From Candidatus Staskawiczbacteria bacterium (GTDB lineage: Bacteria; Patescibacteriota; Minisyncoccia; Minisyncoccales; Staskawiczbacteraceae): DNA of 64,000 bases. The stretch spans positions 7,282-71,281 of the forward strand of contig JBAZYR010000005.1 of assembly GCA_041659225.1 (NCBI GenBank). The letters run 5' to 3'. Below the pieces are notes generated by a model. That model searched no databases. It worked only from the letters and a program-made list of their open reading frames with translations, and had not been told where the DNA came from. Position numbers and translations under genes: made by a program. This document shows positions 18,610 to 30,860 of the stretch, in pieces. Numbering within the stretch: position 1 is the stretch's first letter; the number at the start of each line of letters is the position of its first letter.

Positions 18610-19194
18610 ATGCAACCAGATGATTTCAATATAATGAATATGGACGATAAGGAATTAGTCGCCCTGTCCTTGAAAGAGAAGGAAAGATATGGATACCTGA
18701 TGCAAAGATATGAGAAGAAATTATTAAAATATATTACAAGGTTTTCGGGCGTTGGCGGAGACGACGCTCAAGATATTCTGCAGGATACTTTTTTAAAGGT
18801 ATATAGAAATTTGAATGCTTACAACGGCGCATTTAGTTTTTCCTCCTGGATTTACCGGATTGCCCATAACGAAACAATCGGCCATCTGCGAAAGCTAAAA
18901 TCGCGGCCTCAGGTTGTCAATTCAGAGGATAGCAATATATTAATTGATATTTTTAAAAGCGATCCCGGGTTTTTCGCTGATATTGAAAATCAACACCTTG
19001 CTGAAAAACTTGGAGAGATTATTAATACTTTAGATAGTAAATATCGAGAGGTTATTGCTTTGGTATATCTCGAGGACAAGAGCTATAAAGAGGTATCGGA
19101 TATACTAAAAAAGCCCGTGAGCACGGTTGGGACGTTAGTTCTACGGGCGAAGAGGCAATTAAAGGAAAAGATTAAAAAAAGCAATTATTTTTAA
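18610..19194 (+). CDS. ECF-type RNA polymerase sigma factor (sigma-70 regions 2 and 4)
   Basis: Region 2 DILQDTFLKVYRNL...SWIYRIAHNETI. Region 4 YREVIALVYLEDKSYKEVSDILKKPVSTVGTLVLRAKRQLK. Confidence 0.75.
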   Translation: MQPDDFNIMNMDDKELVALSLKEKERYGYLMQRYEKKLLKYITRFSGVGGDDAQDILQDTFLKVYRNLNAYNGAFSFSSWIYRIAHNETIGHLRKLKSRPQVVNSEDSNILIDIFKSDPGFFADIENQHLAEKLGEIINTLDSKYREVIALVYLEDKSYKEVSDILKKPVSTVGTLVLRAKRQLKEKIKKSNYF

Positions 19195-19198
19195 ACAC

Positions 19199-19906
19199 AT
19201 GTCGGAAATATCTGAAAAAGTAATACAAGATATCGAAGAGAAAAAGATTCACCCTCGCCCGAGGTGGTACTTCCTGATGGGAAGATACAGCACTTTTTCC
19301 TTGTTTGTTTTCTCCATCGTTTTCGGTGCTCTTTCAGTTGCCACGATTTTATTCATGTTGTTTGATTACGATCGGGATATTTCCCAATACTTTGGCAGGG
19401 GATTATTTAAGGATATTTTAATATCAATTCCATATCTATGGATTGTCCTTTTTGTATTTTTTATTCTAAGCGCCGACTATAATCTTAGGAGAACCCCGAG
19501 GGGCTATCGGTTTGAGTTGCATAAAATTATTCTTCTTAATCTTTTTCTCTCAATTTTAGTTGGAACTGGCCTTTTCTGTTTTGGGTTCGATTCTGAAATT
19601 GACGACCTAGTTTCGCGAAATGTACCGTTTTACGAAAATCTTATCTATAACAAAGACGATATCTGGGTTTTCCCTGAAAAAGGTCTTTTGAGCGGTGAAG
19701 TGATCCAGATAATTGGGCCTGGCAGTTTTACATTGAGAGATTTCCATGGTTATGTTTGGCGCGTGAACGAAGAAGGACTTGACCCTTCTGATTTTCGATA
19801 CATTCACGAAGGCGCCAAATTAAAACTTATTGGGGAGCAAACGGGCGAAGGAATATTTGATGTTAAAATTATCTGTTCCTGGCAAGAGTGTTGCGGGGTT
19901 CGATAG
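19199..19906 (+). CDS. membrane protein, putative anti-sigma factor partner of the ECF sigma
   Basis: Begins 5 nt after the sigma gene. Multiple TM helices. No recognisable catalytic motif. Call is by position only. Confidence 0.35.
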   Translation: MSEISEKVIQDIEEKKIHPRPRWYFLMGRYSTFSLFVFSIVFGALSVATILFMLFDYDRDISQYFGRGLFKDILISIPYLWIVLFVFFILSADYNLRRTPRGYRFELHKIILLNLFLSILVGTGLFCFGFDSEIDDLVSRNVPFYENLIYNKDDIWVFPEKGLLSGEVIQIIGPGSFTLRDFHGYVWRVNEEGLDPSDFRYIHEGAKLKLIGEQTGEGIFDVKIICSWQECCGVR

Positions 19907-20159
19907 CATGGTGAAATAATAGGGGAGATGACTACGTAGTAATAAGTGAAAGGTCGAAGTCAGCATTCGCTTATTAACATAATCATCATTAAAATAGATG
20001 GCTAAATGGCTCACCAGATGCATTGCTCTCAAAGTATTCTATTAACATGTCCTTCCTATTAAGACTAGAGGAAACGCGACTCCTGTCGCAAATGAACGGA
20101 TACATGCGACAGCAACTATTCTAGGAGCAAATAAATAATAAAAATCGAACATATACAAA

Positions 20160-20190
20160 CTAACCCGCAACTGGGTTAGTTGTTTTATTT
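20160..20190 (+). terminator. rho-independent terminator (CTAACCC-GCAACT-GGGTTAG + T-run)
   Basis: Perfect 7-bp stem followed by TTGTTTTATTT. Lies 250 nt downstream of the nearest upstream CDS, so it may terminate a noncoding transcript. Confidence 0.5.
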
Positions 20191-20207
20191 ACGGAGTGGA
20201 TGCGCTC

Positions 20208-20236
20208 TTGACTTTTCACTAGTTGTGCTATACAAT
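20208..20236 (+). promoter_or_regulatory. sigma70-like promoter TTGACT-17-TACAAT upstream of the RRM protein gene
   Basis: TTGACT at 20208-20213. 17-nt spacer. TACAAT at 20231-20236. Confidence 0.5.
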
Positions 20237-20356
20237 GATTATTGTAAGTTTCTATTGAGTTCTCATTCCTTACATATTTTATTATTCTATGTAAGCCGTA
20301 AGAGAAGTTAGATAGTCGGTCGGCTTACTAATTAATAAAATAATATAAGGAAAAAT

Positions 20357-20689
20357 ATGGCAAAGAAATTATTTGTCGGTGGATTATCATATAATACTAC
20401 CGATGCTACTTTGAAAGATACTTTTTCTCAGGCTGGAACCGTTGAGTCCGCGACTATAATCATGGACAAAATGACCGGCCGCTCAAAAGGATTTGGATTT
20501 GTTGAAATGTCTACTGAGGAAGAAGCTCAGAAAGCCACTGAAATGTTCAATGGCAAAGACATCGACGGAAGAAACGTCACTGTCAACGAAGCAAAACCTT
20601 TGGAAGCTAGACCTCCAAGAACTGGGGGAGGCTTCAACCGAGGAGGCGGAAGCCGAGGATTCGGTGGAGACAGAGGAAGTCGCTGGTAG
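20357..20689 (+). CDS. RRM-domain RNA-binding protein with RGG-rich C-terminal tail
   Basis: RNP2 KLFVGGLSY and RNP1 KGFGFVEM motifs. C-terminal GGGFNRGGGSRGFGGDRGSRW. Confidence 0.75.
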   Translation: MAKKLFVGGLSYNTTDATLKDTFSQAGTVESATIIMDKMTGRSKGFGFVEMSTEEEAQKATEMFNGKDIDGRNVTVNEAKPLEARPPRTGGGFNRGGGSRGFGGDRGSRW

Positions 20690-20700
20690 AAAGTAATGAG

Positions 20701-20726
20701 AAAATCCCTTAACAGGGATTTTTTCA
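20701..20726 (+). terminator. rho-independent terminator (AAATCCCT-TAAC-AGGGATTT + T-run)
   Basis: Hairpin immediately after the RRM gene stop, followed by TTTTTC. Confidence 0.55.
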
Positions 20727-20729
20727 TGT

Positions 20730-20984
20730 ATGCGTGGTATAATAAAGGATATTAATAATGTTAAATATATGAGCATATTAAACAAAATACTCTTTACTAT
20801 ACTTTTACTACTTTTCGCGGTTGCGTTTTTCCTATACAAACAGTATGTGTTTTCCTTCTTAACGTTGGTCGTCATTCTTGTCTTCTCCAAATGGGATCAA
20901 ATGAAGAAGCTGATTGCTGGAAACGGACGCATTGAGATGCAGTTGCAGAACAAGAAGGAGGAAGAGAACAAAGAGGTAAAGTAG
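20730..20984 (+). CDS. small membrane protein (2 TM), unknown function
   Basis: 84 aa. Hydrophobic ILFTILLLLFAVAFFLY and FLTLVVILVF. Followed by a strong terminator. Confidence 0.4.
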   Translation: MRGIIKDINNVKYMSILNKILFTILLLLFAVAFFLYKQYVFSFLTLVVILVFSKWDQMKKLIAGNGRIEMQLQNKKEEENKEVK

Positions 20985-20995
20985 CTAACTATCAG

Positions 20996-21029
20996 TTCAC
21001 CCCGTAACGTTGTTACGGGGTTTTGTTTG
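20996..21029 (+). terminator. rho-independent terminator (CACCCCGTAAC-GTT-GTTACGGGG + TTTTGTTTG)
   Basis: Perfect 9-10 bp stem followed by a T-run. Confidence 0.6.
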
Positions 21030-21032
21030 CCC

Positions 21033-21061
21033 TTGACGTGCTTTTGATAGTATGATATAAT
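21033..21061 (+). promoter_or_regulatory. sigma70-like promoter TTGACG-17-TATAAT upstream of the secretin-like gene
   Basis: TTGACG at 21033-21038. 17-nt spacer. TATAAT at 21056-21061. AGGAG RBS 8 nt before ATG 21122. Confidence 0.55.
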
Positions 21062-21121
21062 ATATTTGTTGACTTCGCGTGGAGTCACGATAGTGTGTTC
21101 GTTGACATAGGAGTCTGTAAG

Positions 21122-22531
21122 ATGAAGCGAGGATGTTTTTACTACGTATCGGCCTTCATTGTTGCTTTCGCCATCGTCGGTTCGGCGATGGCTCAGCAAT
21201 CGACAAGCGCCCCTGCGGGCGCCGTGGCCAGCGATGGCAAAGTCGTTATCGCCGGTCAGCCGGGTGATTACAACATCATCTCGAGTGACGGTCAGTTAAC
21301 GATGCAGAGTTACGAAGTAACCGGGGTGTCTGTGGAAAGTAAGAGCACGCTGTACAAAGCGTTCCATAAGCTCCTGTCGAAAGACGGGCGTGGCGGGAGT
21401 GCCGAGGTGGCGCCGCTCACTCGGAACGGTAAGGAAATCATTCTTCTCATCGTAGCCGCGACACCCGAGATGCAACGTTCAATCGCGAAAACCGTTGAGC
21501 GGATCAACTCGGGAACCGTCGGCGCTTTCTGCTACACCCCAAAAAATGTGGTGTTCATTCCGAAGTATCGGTCGGCCGAGTCAATCGCTGCGGCTTTACG
21601 CGTGGAGATAACCAACATTGGTGTTCTCTACGTTGACCCGATTCTGAACGCGATAACGATCGAGGATGACGCCACCTACGTGGACTGGCTGGTCAATTAC
21701 GCACAAGAGTTTGACTCGCCACCTCCGCAGATTACGGCCATACTGCGTCTTGTCGCCATTGACAAGAACAATGACAGCAGTGTCGGAACGGATTGGGGTG
21801 CTCTGCTTGATGGACTTCCACCGTCGATTTCGCTAAGTATCGGCGGTGAACGTCAGATCTTATCGCGCTCGGGCGAAGTAAGCGTCGCCAACGGTGATCC
21901 GAGCCTTGCCCTGACAGGTTCGAAGCAAAGGCTTTCGCACCTGCCCATAACGAGTTTTTCTGCGGCGGTTAACGAGATTTCGCCGCAGGCGGTAGGAGCC
22001 TTCTTCAGTTATCTGGAAACAAAGGGCGTGTGTCGGATTCTCAACACCGCCGACATTAATGTGGTCAACGGCTCGCCGACGGTCGTAAGCACGGAAGTGA
22101 GTATGCCCGTCACCGCCACAGTCTCAAGCGAGACCGGCGGCAAGCTTCGCCAGGAAGTTTCGGTTTTAGAAGGTGTTAAGATTACGATCAGCGGAAGTTT
22201 GGCCACAATCGGCCATCGCCTGAATGTTCAGGCGAGCAGTACATCGGTGGTGAGTTATACTCGCACCGGCCTTCCGCTCATCGCGACGAGTACTCTTGAC
22301 ACCGCCGTCCAGCTGCCGCGCAACCGCACAATCACCTTATCGGGGTTGTCGCGGCAGAAGGAGGTCACGGTAACACACAAGCCTCCGGTACTCGGAGACT
22401 TGGATGTCTTGAACCTTTTCTCAAAAAAGGTCACCGAAACCAGGGAATGGAAACTGTATATTTGCATCACGGTGGTTGACCCGCCGGTTGCAACTCCAGC
22501 GACCACGAACCCTTCGGTTTCGGTCAATTGA
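21122..22531 (+). CDS. secretin-family protein (GspD/PilQ-like), short form, in a GC-elevated gene
   Basis: Signal peptide MKRGCFYYVSAFIVAFAIVGSAMAQQ. Secretin N-domain-like PQITAILRLVAID. C-terminal secretin motif GLSRQKEVTVTHKPPVLGDLDVLNLFSKK (cf. vPxLGdIPvLGxLFr). Visibly higher GC than the flanks. Confidence 0.55.
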   Translation: MKRGCFYYVSAFIVAFAIVGSAMAQQSTSAPAGAVASDGKVVIAGQPGDYNIISSDGQLTMQSYEVTGVSVESKSTLYKAFHKLLSKDGRGGSAEVAPLTRNGKEIILLIVAATPEMQRSIAKTVERINSGTVGAFCYTPKNVVFIPKYRSAESIAAALRVEITNIGVLYVDPILNAITIEDDATYVDWLVNYAQEFDSPPPQITAILRLVAIDKNNDSSVGTDWGALLDGLPPSISLSIGGERQILSRSGEVSVANGDPSLALTGSKQRLSHLPITSFSAAVNEISPQAVGAFFSYLETKGVCRILNTADINVVNGSPTVVSTEVSMPVTATVSSETGGKLRQEVSVLEGVKITISGSLATIGHRLNVQASSTSVVSYTRTGLPLIATSTLDTAVQLPRNRTITLSGLSRQKEVTVTHKPPVLGDLDVLNLFSKKVTETREWKLYICITVVDPPVATPATTNPSVSVN

Positions 22532-22591
22532 CCGTTTCCTCGAACACAAACAACCAAGCCCGGTGGCTATCATGCTATCGGGCTCTTTCTT

Positions 22592-22620
22592 TTGACGTAA
22601 ACAGATTTCTGGTGTATAAT
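22592..22620 (+). promoter_or_regulatory. sigma70-like promoter TTGACG-17-TATAAT with TG extension, upstream of typA
   Basis: TTGACG at 22592-22597. Spacer ends in TGGTG. TATAAT at 22615-22620. ATG at 22632. Confidence 0.55.
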
Positions 22621-22631
22621 AAGGTTTTGTT

Positions 22632-24458
22632 ATGAATAAAATACGAAACATCGCAATAATCGCCCACGTTGACCACGGAAAAACCACTTTGGTGGACGCT
22701 CTTTTGCGTCAGTCAAAAACCGCAATGAGCAAAGACCGGGCAAATCAGGACTGTATTATGGACAGTAACGAGATAGAAAGAGAGCGGGGGATTACCATTT
22801 TTTCTAAAAACGCATCCGTTTACTATAACGATACTAAGATAAATATAATCGATACTCCGGGCCATGCAGATTTTGGCGGAGAAGTTGAACGGGTTTTGAA
22901 TATGGCTGACGGCTGTCTGCTTTTGGTTGACGCAAAAGAAGGACCAATGCCCCAAACAAGATTTGTTTTGAAAAAGGCGTTGGAAATGGGTCACAAGATT
23001 ATTGTTGTGATTAATAAAATTGATAAGGATGGAGCCCGTCCCGAATATGCCTTAGAAGCAACAATGGAACTATTTTTAGAATTAGGCGGGCATGATCAAA
23101 CATTGAGTTTTCCGGTGATTTACGCGTCCGGAAGAGAGGGAAAAGCTGGTAAAGTGGCAAATATTAGCAAAATGGAGGATATTTTGCCGATATTCGAAGA
23201 AATTATCCAGCACATACCTTCGCCGATAGGAGATTCAAAAAAGCCTTTGCAAATTTTAGTTACTTCCATAGCTGGAGACGACTTTAAAGGAAGAATTGCT
23301 ATCGGCAGAGTTTACAACGGAGTTGTAAAAGCTAATCAGGAGGTGATGCATATAAACAGAGCGGGGGAGCAGACAAAGTGCAAATTAGTTTCTCTTATGA
23401 CTTTTGCCGGACTTGGTAAAATTGAAAGCGCTGAAGTTTCGGCCGGTGACATTGTTGCCATCGCCGGGATACCCGATGTAACGATTGGGGAAACAATAAC
23501 TGATCCGTTGGATCCGCAAGCTTTACCTTTGATTAATATTGAAGAGCCAACCGTAAAAATGACCTTCATGGTTAACGATTCTCCTTTTGCCGGCAAGGAG
23601 GGGGAATACCCAACCTCCAGGCAGATACGGGAAAGGTTACACAAAGAATTGGAAACCGATGTTGCTTTAAGGGTTGACGATACGGATGACGGAAAATGGA
23701 TTGTGTCAGGGAGAGGGGAATTGCACCTTGCCATTCTAATCGAAAGAATGCGCCGGGAAGGTTATGAGTTCCAGGTCTCCAGGCCTCAAGTGATTACGCG
23801 TGAAATTAACGGCAAGCAAATGACGCCTTTTGAAAAGGTCTTTATTGAAGTCCCTGAGAAATATCATGGGACGGTGATACAGAAATTGGGAGCCAGAAAA
23901 GGTGAAATGATTGAGATGAGAAACGTGGATAGTACAGTATTTTTAGAATTTGTGATTCCTACGAGAGGGCTTTTGGGATACAGAAGCGAATTTCTAACTG
24001 ACGCAAAGGGTTTAGGAATAATGAATACAGCTTTTTATCAATATCAAACAGATCCTGGAAATTGGAAAGAAAGAGCCCAAGGATCTTTGATTTCTCACGA
24101 AACTGGGCCTACTAATCTTTACGGTTTGAGAAACGTGCAGGATAGGGGAGTATTATTTTTCGGCCCAGCGGTGTTGGTTTACGAAGGCCAGGTTGTGGGT
24201 CAGAATTCACGTCCTAATGATATCCGAGTAAATGTTTGCAAGGAAAAACAGCTGTCGAATATGAGGTCAAAAGGAGAAGGGGTATCTGTACATTTTAACA
24301 CTCCAAAGACCATGGGGCTGGAGGACGCTTTGGAATATATTGGAGACGATGAATTAGTTGAAGTTACGCCGAAGAATGTACGAATAAGAAAAGTATACTT
24401 AGACGATAATGATCAGAGAAGGGCTGATAGAAAGGAGAGATCGGGAAACGCCGGATAA
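22632..24458 (+). CDS. typA: translational GTPase TypA/BipA
   Basis: [17 protein letters not shown]1 motif, DTPGHADF and NKIDK motifs. 608 aa EF-G-like architecture without the G' insert. Confidence 0.9.
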   Translation: MNKIRNIAIIAHVDHGKTTLVDALLRQSKTAMSKDRANQDCIMDSNEIERERGITIFSKNASVYYNDTKINIIDTPGHADFGGEVERVLNMADGCLLLVDAKEGPMPQTRFVLKKALEMGHKIIVVINKIDKDGARPEYALEATMELFLELGGHDQTLSFPVIYASGREGKAGKVANISKMEDILPIFEEIIQHIPSPIGDSKKPLQILVTSIAGDDFKGRIAIGRVYNGVVKANQEVMHINRAGEQTKCKLVSLMTFAGLGKIESAEVSAGDIVAIAGIPDVTIGETITDPLDPQALPLINIEEPTVKMTFMVNDSPFAGKEGEYPTSRQIRERLHKELETDVALRVDDTDDGKWIVSGRGELHLAILIERMRREGYEFQVSRPQVITREINGKQMTPFEKVFIEVPEKYHGTVIQKLGARKGEMIEMRNVDSTVFLEFVIPTRGLLGYRSEFLTDAKGLGIMNTAFYQYQTDPGNWKERAQGSLISHETGPTNLYGLRNVQDRGVLFFGPAVLVYEGQVVGQNSRPNDIRVNVCKEKQLSNMRSKGEGVSVHFNTPKTMGLEDALEYIGDDELVEVTPKNVRIRKVYLDDNDQRRADRKERSGNAG

Positions 24459-24547
24459 TAATTAACGGAAGAGTTTTCGGGGGATTATAGTAAGGCCGCC
24501 CGTTGTGGAAGGCGCACCTTTAAAAACCAACCCAGAAGGAGGTTTGT

Positions 24548-24955
24548 ATGGCCAGAAGAAGGAAAACTGAAATTACAACAGTTGGGGAAATCATACCTAT
24601 TGGTGCAAGAATGCCGCAGTTTATTGTTGAATACCCCACCGGGAAAGGCAAAAGAGCAAGAACTCAAAAAATCAGCAAGGAAAACTTCCGCCGAGCCAAT
24701 GCTATTGTTCGGCGATATCACGTGGTTGTTTGGGGATCAGGCGAGCATTTTCTTGCCAATTCGCTTGAATTGCCGCTCCGAATCGGCGTCGGCAAGACAT
24801 TTGAGGAATGCTGTCAGAACCTTTTGATAATCATGGCGTATCAGGTCGGCGCTCTGCTACAAATGCAGGTTGAACCGCCAAAACCGGTAATCTGGCCGGT
24901 GAAAGTGAAGTTGGTCGCCGCTGACGACTTGAAAGCTGAACTCGGCGTCAAATAA
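24548..24955 (+). CDS. hypothetical protein, possibly HicB-like (UPF0150) RNase-H-fold domain
   Basis: GGAGG RBS. YHVVVWGSGEHFLANSLELPLRIGVGKTFEECCQNLLIIMAYQV resembles the HicB/UPF0150 core (y.a.i.....g.y.a.vPdlPgc.s.G.T.eEa..n..eAi). GC-elevated. Weak call. Confidence 0.3.
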   Translation: MARRRKTEITTVGEIIPIGARMPQFIVEYPTGKGKRARTQKISKENFRRANAIVRRYHVVVWGSGEHFLANSLELPLRIGVGKTFEECCQNLLIIMAYQVGALLQMQVEPPKPVIWPVKVKLVAADDLKAELGVK

Positions 24956-25000
24956 CCAAACATACACTGTCCTTCGGTTCTCACTTCTGAATCTCTCTCA

Positions 25001-25028
25001 TAATAGGTCGCTTCGCGACCTTTTTGCT
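25001..25028 (+). terminator. terminator hairpin (GGTCGC-TTC-GCGACC + TTTTTG)
   Basis: Perfect 6-bp stem plus a T-run downstream of the 24548 gene. Confidence 0.45.
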
Positions 25029-25045
25029 TAAATTTTCACGTTTTA

Positions 25046-25074
25046 TTTACAAAAGCTAAAAACTCTGCTATACT
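25046..25074 (+). promoter_or_regulatory. atp operon promoter TTTACA-17-TATACT
   Basis: TTTACA at 25046-25051. 17-nt spacer. TATACT at 25069-25074. atpB ATG at 25103. Confidence 0.5.
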
Positions 25075-25102
25075 TAGGCTTTGATTTGGATTTTTATTAA
25101 TT

Positions 25103-25840
25103 ATGGTAGAAATAGTAATAAGAGCAGAGGAAATATTTAGGATCGGGAACTACGTTTTTACGAACAGTCTAATCCTGTCGATTGTTGTTTTTATCGTTTT
25201 ATTGATATTGGCTTTATCTATCAGGCGAAGTATTAAGCTTGTTCCCGGGAAGCTGCAGAATATCTTTGAAATGCTTCTGGAATTTTTGCTTTCTCTGATG
25301 GATTCTGTGTTGGGCGATCGGAAGAAATCCGAAAAGTATTTGCCTTTGATTGCCACCATTTTCTTTTTTGTGTTAGCTTCAAATTGGTTGGGCTTGCTCC
25401 CCGGAGTCGGCTCTTTTGTTTTAAACGAGGGCCATACCGCAATTCCTCTTTTGAGGTCTCCGGCCGCTGACTTAAATTTCACCTTAGCTCTCGCTATTAT
25501 CGCGGTTTTAAGCACTAATTTTTTTGGTATGGCAATATTAGGGTTCTTCTCGCACATTAAGAAGTTTTTAAATTTTTCTGGGCCGATCAATTTCTTTGTC
25601 GGGATTCTCGAATTTTTATCTGAAATATCCCGAGTGATATCGTTTTCCTTCAGATTATTTGGTAATATATTTGCGGGTGAGGTTTTACTTACTATTATTT
25701 TTTTCCTGTTGCCATATATTGTCCCTGTTCCGTTTTTGATGCTGGAAATTTTCTTTGGAATGATTCAGGCATTCATTTTCGCTATGCTAACGCTGGTATT
25801 TCTGGCTTCGCACATAACCGCCCACGCTGAACATAATTAA
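25103..25840 (+). CDS. atpB: F0F1 ATP synthase subunit a
   Basis: Multi-TM protein. C-terminal RLFGNIFAGE and LLPYIVPVPFLMLEIFFGMIQAFIFAMLT are conserved subunit-a helices. First gene of the atp cluster. Confidence 0.85.
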   Translation: MVEIVIRAEEIFRIGNYVFTNSLILSIVVFIVLLILALSIRRSIKLVPGKLQNIFEMLLEFLLSLMDSVLGDRKKSEKYLPLIATIFFFVLASNWLGLLPGVGSFVLNEGHTAIPLLRSPAADLNFTLALAIIAVLSTNFFGMAILGFFSHIKKFLNFSGPINFFVGILEFLSEISRVISFSFRLFGNIFAGEVLLTIIFFLLPYIVPVPFLMLEIFFGMIQAFIFAMLTLVFLASHITAHAEHN

Positions 25841-25879
25841 AAATTAAAGTCGAATAATTAATAAATAAAAAATAAAAAC

Positions 25880-26107
25880 ATGGACGCAGAAACAATTCGT
25901 TTATTATCCACAGCCATCGCAATAGGAGTTGGAGTAATCGCTCCAGCTTTAGCCGTTGGTATGATCGGTGCAGCTGCCCTAAAGGGTATCAGCAGAAATC
26001 CTGAGGCAACTTCAAAAATACAGACGAACATGATTCTGGCTATCGCCTTTGCTGAAGCATTGGGTATTTACGCCTTAGTCATCGCCCTTATTATTAAATT
26101 CGTATAA
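25880..26107 (+). CDS. atpE: F0F1 ATP synthase subunit c
   Basis: 75 aa hairpin proteolipid. GAAALKGISRNPEA loop. AFAEALGIYALVIALII second helix with the carboxylate E. Confidence 0.85.
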   Translation: MDAETIRLLSTAIAIGVGVIAPALAVGMIGAAALKGISRNPEATSKIQTNMILAIAFAEALGIYALVIALIIKFV

Positions 26108-26123
26108 TCGATAAGTTCCGCAT

Positions 26124-26627
26124 ATGAACGAATTTTTAAGTCAATTCGGCATCGACTGGAAGCTTTTTGTAAGCCAGCTTGTTAACTTCGCCCTGATTTT
26201 AATAATCCTTAGGATTTTTGTATACAGACCCTTAATCAAGATGCTCAATCAAAGAAGAGATAAAATACAAGAAGGTTTGGCTAAAGCAGAAGAGGCGGGG
26301 ATTAGACTGAAGGAAGTTGACGAGATTGCGAAAAAGAAACTGAAGGAAACCGAGGAAAAATCTGTTTCCATTCTTGCCCAGACCGATGTAAAGAAAAAGG
26401 AATTGGAATCCGAGGCCGTTTTGGCGGTCAAGAAAAAAGAGCAGGAAATGACGGCAAAGGCTGAAGCAATGGTAGAAAGCCAGAAAAACCAAATGTTTGC
26501 GAAGATCCAGGAACAGGCTGCCGAGATCGTAAGGTCAGCCATCGCAAAGGGCATTGAACAGGAGCCCGGCCAAATTGACGAAAAATTAATTAAGAAAACC
26601 GTTTCTTTTTTGAAAAATGAACTATAG
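26124..26627 (+). CDS. atpF: F0F1 ATP synthase subunit b
   Basis: N-terminal TM helix followed by a long charged coiled coil. Position within the operon. Confidence 0.7.
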   Translation: MNEFLSQFGIDWKLFVSQLVNFALILIILRIFVYRPLIKMLNQRRDKIQEGLAKAEEAGIRLKEVDEIAKKKLKETEEKSVSILAQTDVKKKELESEAVLAVKKKEQEMTAKAEAMVESQKNQMFAKIQEQAAEIVRSAIAKGIEQEPGQIDEKLIKKTVSFLKNEL

Positions 26628-27003
26628 CCCCAAGCTTTATGCGATTGCTTTCTGCCAGGCAGTCAAAGAGGCAAAAACTGCAGATAGCATCAACAAGTGC
26701 ATTAAAAGCCTATTAGTTTTAGTTGAAAAAAACCGGGATCAAAAGAAGCTTAGGGATATTGCGTTCTTTGCAGAAAAGATCTTGAATAAGGAATCTGGAC
26801 ATAGAAAAATTTTAGTTGAAAGCGCACGAGTTTTAACCAAGGAAAACGAGGAAATGATCGATTCTTTTACTAAAAAAACCGACCAGGTTGTTAAAAAGAT
26901 AAACCCAAGTTTGGTTGCCGGCGTGAAAATAGTGATAGACGACGAGGTTCAAATCGACGGATCTTTTTCTAAAAAAATAAAAAGAGTATTAAATACGATA
27001 TAA
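26617..27003 (+). CDS. atpH: F0F1 ATP synthase subunit delta (OSCP), short form
   Basis: [15 protein letters not shown]... resembles the delta N-terminus (YA.ALF). Position between b and alpha. Only 128 aa. Confidence 0.55.
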   Translation: MNYSPKLYAIAFCQAVKEAKTADSINKCIKSLLVLVEKNRDQKKLRDIAFFAEKILNKESGHRKILVESARVLTKENEEMIDSFTKKTDQVVKKINPSLVAGVKIVIDDEVQIDGSFSKKIKRVLNTI

Positions 27004-27007
27004 AAAA

Positions 27008-28531
27008 ATGTCTTACGAAATAATCGAAAAATTAAAGCAGGCTATAGACGGCTATAAAGATACTGAAAAGCTCGAGCAAGTCGGACGAGTTATCGAATCG
27101 GGCGACGGAATCGTAAAGATTTACGGATTGAAAAACGTCAGGTCTCAAGAGGTTATTGTAATCGAAAGCGACAAGGGAGATGTAAGCGCCCTTGCTCTTA
27201 ATCTAGAAGAAGATTCAGTCGGAGCGCTGGTCTTGGGCGATCACGTTGGCATAAAAAGCGGGGACATTGTCAAAAGAACTAATAAATTATTATCAATTGA
27301 GGTGGGTAAGTCTTTGCTGGGGCGGGTTGTAAGTCCATTAGGCGAAGCACTTGATGGACGCGGTTCCATATTCACAAAAGAAAAATCGGAGTTAAGACCA
27401 TTGGAAAACGATGCTCCGTCTGTTCTGGAGAGAGAACCCGTTGATACGCCGCTTCATACTGGAATTAAAACAATTGATTCCATGATTCCTATCGGAAGGG
27501 GACAAAGAGAGCTTATTATCGGAGACCGCCAAACTGGAAAATCCGCCATTGTTATTGATACGATTATCAACCAACACGTTGATACGTATAGAAAGACGCC
27601 GGTTTGTATTTACGTTGCGATAGGCCAGAAAGAATCAAAGATTGCCAAGACTTTAGAGACTATAAAAAATGCCGGCGCATTAGATTATACAATTATTGTT
27701 TCAGCTCCGGCTTCTTCACCAGCAGCCTTATGGTATCTAGCCCCCTACGCCGGATGCGCTATCGGAGAGTACTTCCGGGATAACGGCCAAGACGCTGTCG
27801 TAATTTACGATGATTTATCAAAACACGCCTGGGCGTATCGGCAAATATCGTTGCTTTTGAGAAGGCCCCCGGGAAGAGAGGCCTATCCTGGAGATATTTT
27901 CTATCTGCATTCAAGGTTACTGGAGAGAGCTGCAAAACTTTCAAAGAAAAAAGGAGGCGGATCATTAACGGCCCTGCCGATCGTCGAAACCCAGCTCGGT
28001 GACGTTACTGCCTATATTCCTACCAACATCATCTCCATTACTGACGGTCAAATTTACCTTGAAAGCGATTTATTCTATCAGGGCGTAAGACCTGCAGTTA
28101 ACGTTGGTCTGTCTGTTTCCAGAGTCGGTTCAAAAGCCCAAACCCCTGCCATGAAGAAAATTGCGGGAAAACTAAGACTTGAACTTGCTCAATTCCGAGA
28201 GCTTCAGGCATTTATTCAATTTGCTTCGGATGTAGACGACGCAACTAAAAAGAAGATAAAAAGGGGACAGATTATTACTGAAATTTTGAAGCAGTCGGAT
28301 TTAGCCCCTATGCCGTTTGAAAAACAAATTATTATATTATTCGCCGCGCTCAATAACTATCTCGACGACGTCGAATCATCTGAATTATCTGAGTTGCAAG
28401 GTAAATTAGTCGAGAATATTGAAAAGCTGCACGACAAGGAGATATTAGAGCCTTTGAGAAAGACCGGAACCCTGGACAAAGAGACCGAAGAAAAATTAAA
28501 AGCCGCAATTGAAAACTTTATTACAAAATAG
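27008..28531 (+). CDS. atpA: F0F1 ATP synthase subunit alpha
   Basis: P-loop [23 protein letters not shown]. Canonical alpha length of 507 aa. Confidence 0.95.
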   Translation: MSYEIIEKLKQAIDGYKDTEKLEQVGRVIESGDGIVKIYGLKNVRSQEVIVIESDKGDVSALALNLEEDSVGALVLGDHVGIKSGDIVKRTNKLLSIEVGKSLLGRVVSPLGEALDGRGSIFTKEKSELRPLENDAPSVLEREPVDTPLHTGIKTIDSMIPIGRGQRELIIGDRQTGKSAIVIDTIINQHVDTYRKTPVCIYVAIGQKESKIAKTLETIKNAGALDYTIIVSAPASSPAALWYLAPYAGCAIGEYFRDNGQDAVVIYDDLSKHAWAYRQISLLLRRPPGREAYPGDIFYLHSRLLERAAKLSKKKGGGSLTALPIVETQLGDVTAYIPTNIISITDGQIYLESDLFYQGVRPAVNVGLSVSRVGSKAQTPAMKKIAGKLRLELAQFRELQAFIQFASDVDDATKKKIKRGQIITEILKQSDLAPMPFEKQIIILFAALNNYLDDVESSELSELQGKLVENIEKLHDKEILEPLRKTGTLDKETEEKLKAAIENFITK

Positions 28532-28533
28532 AC

Positions 28534-30860
<2,327 letters not shown>

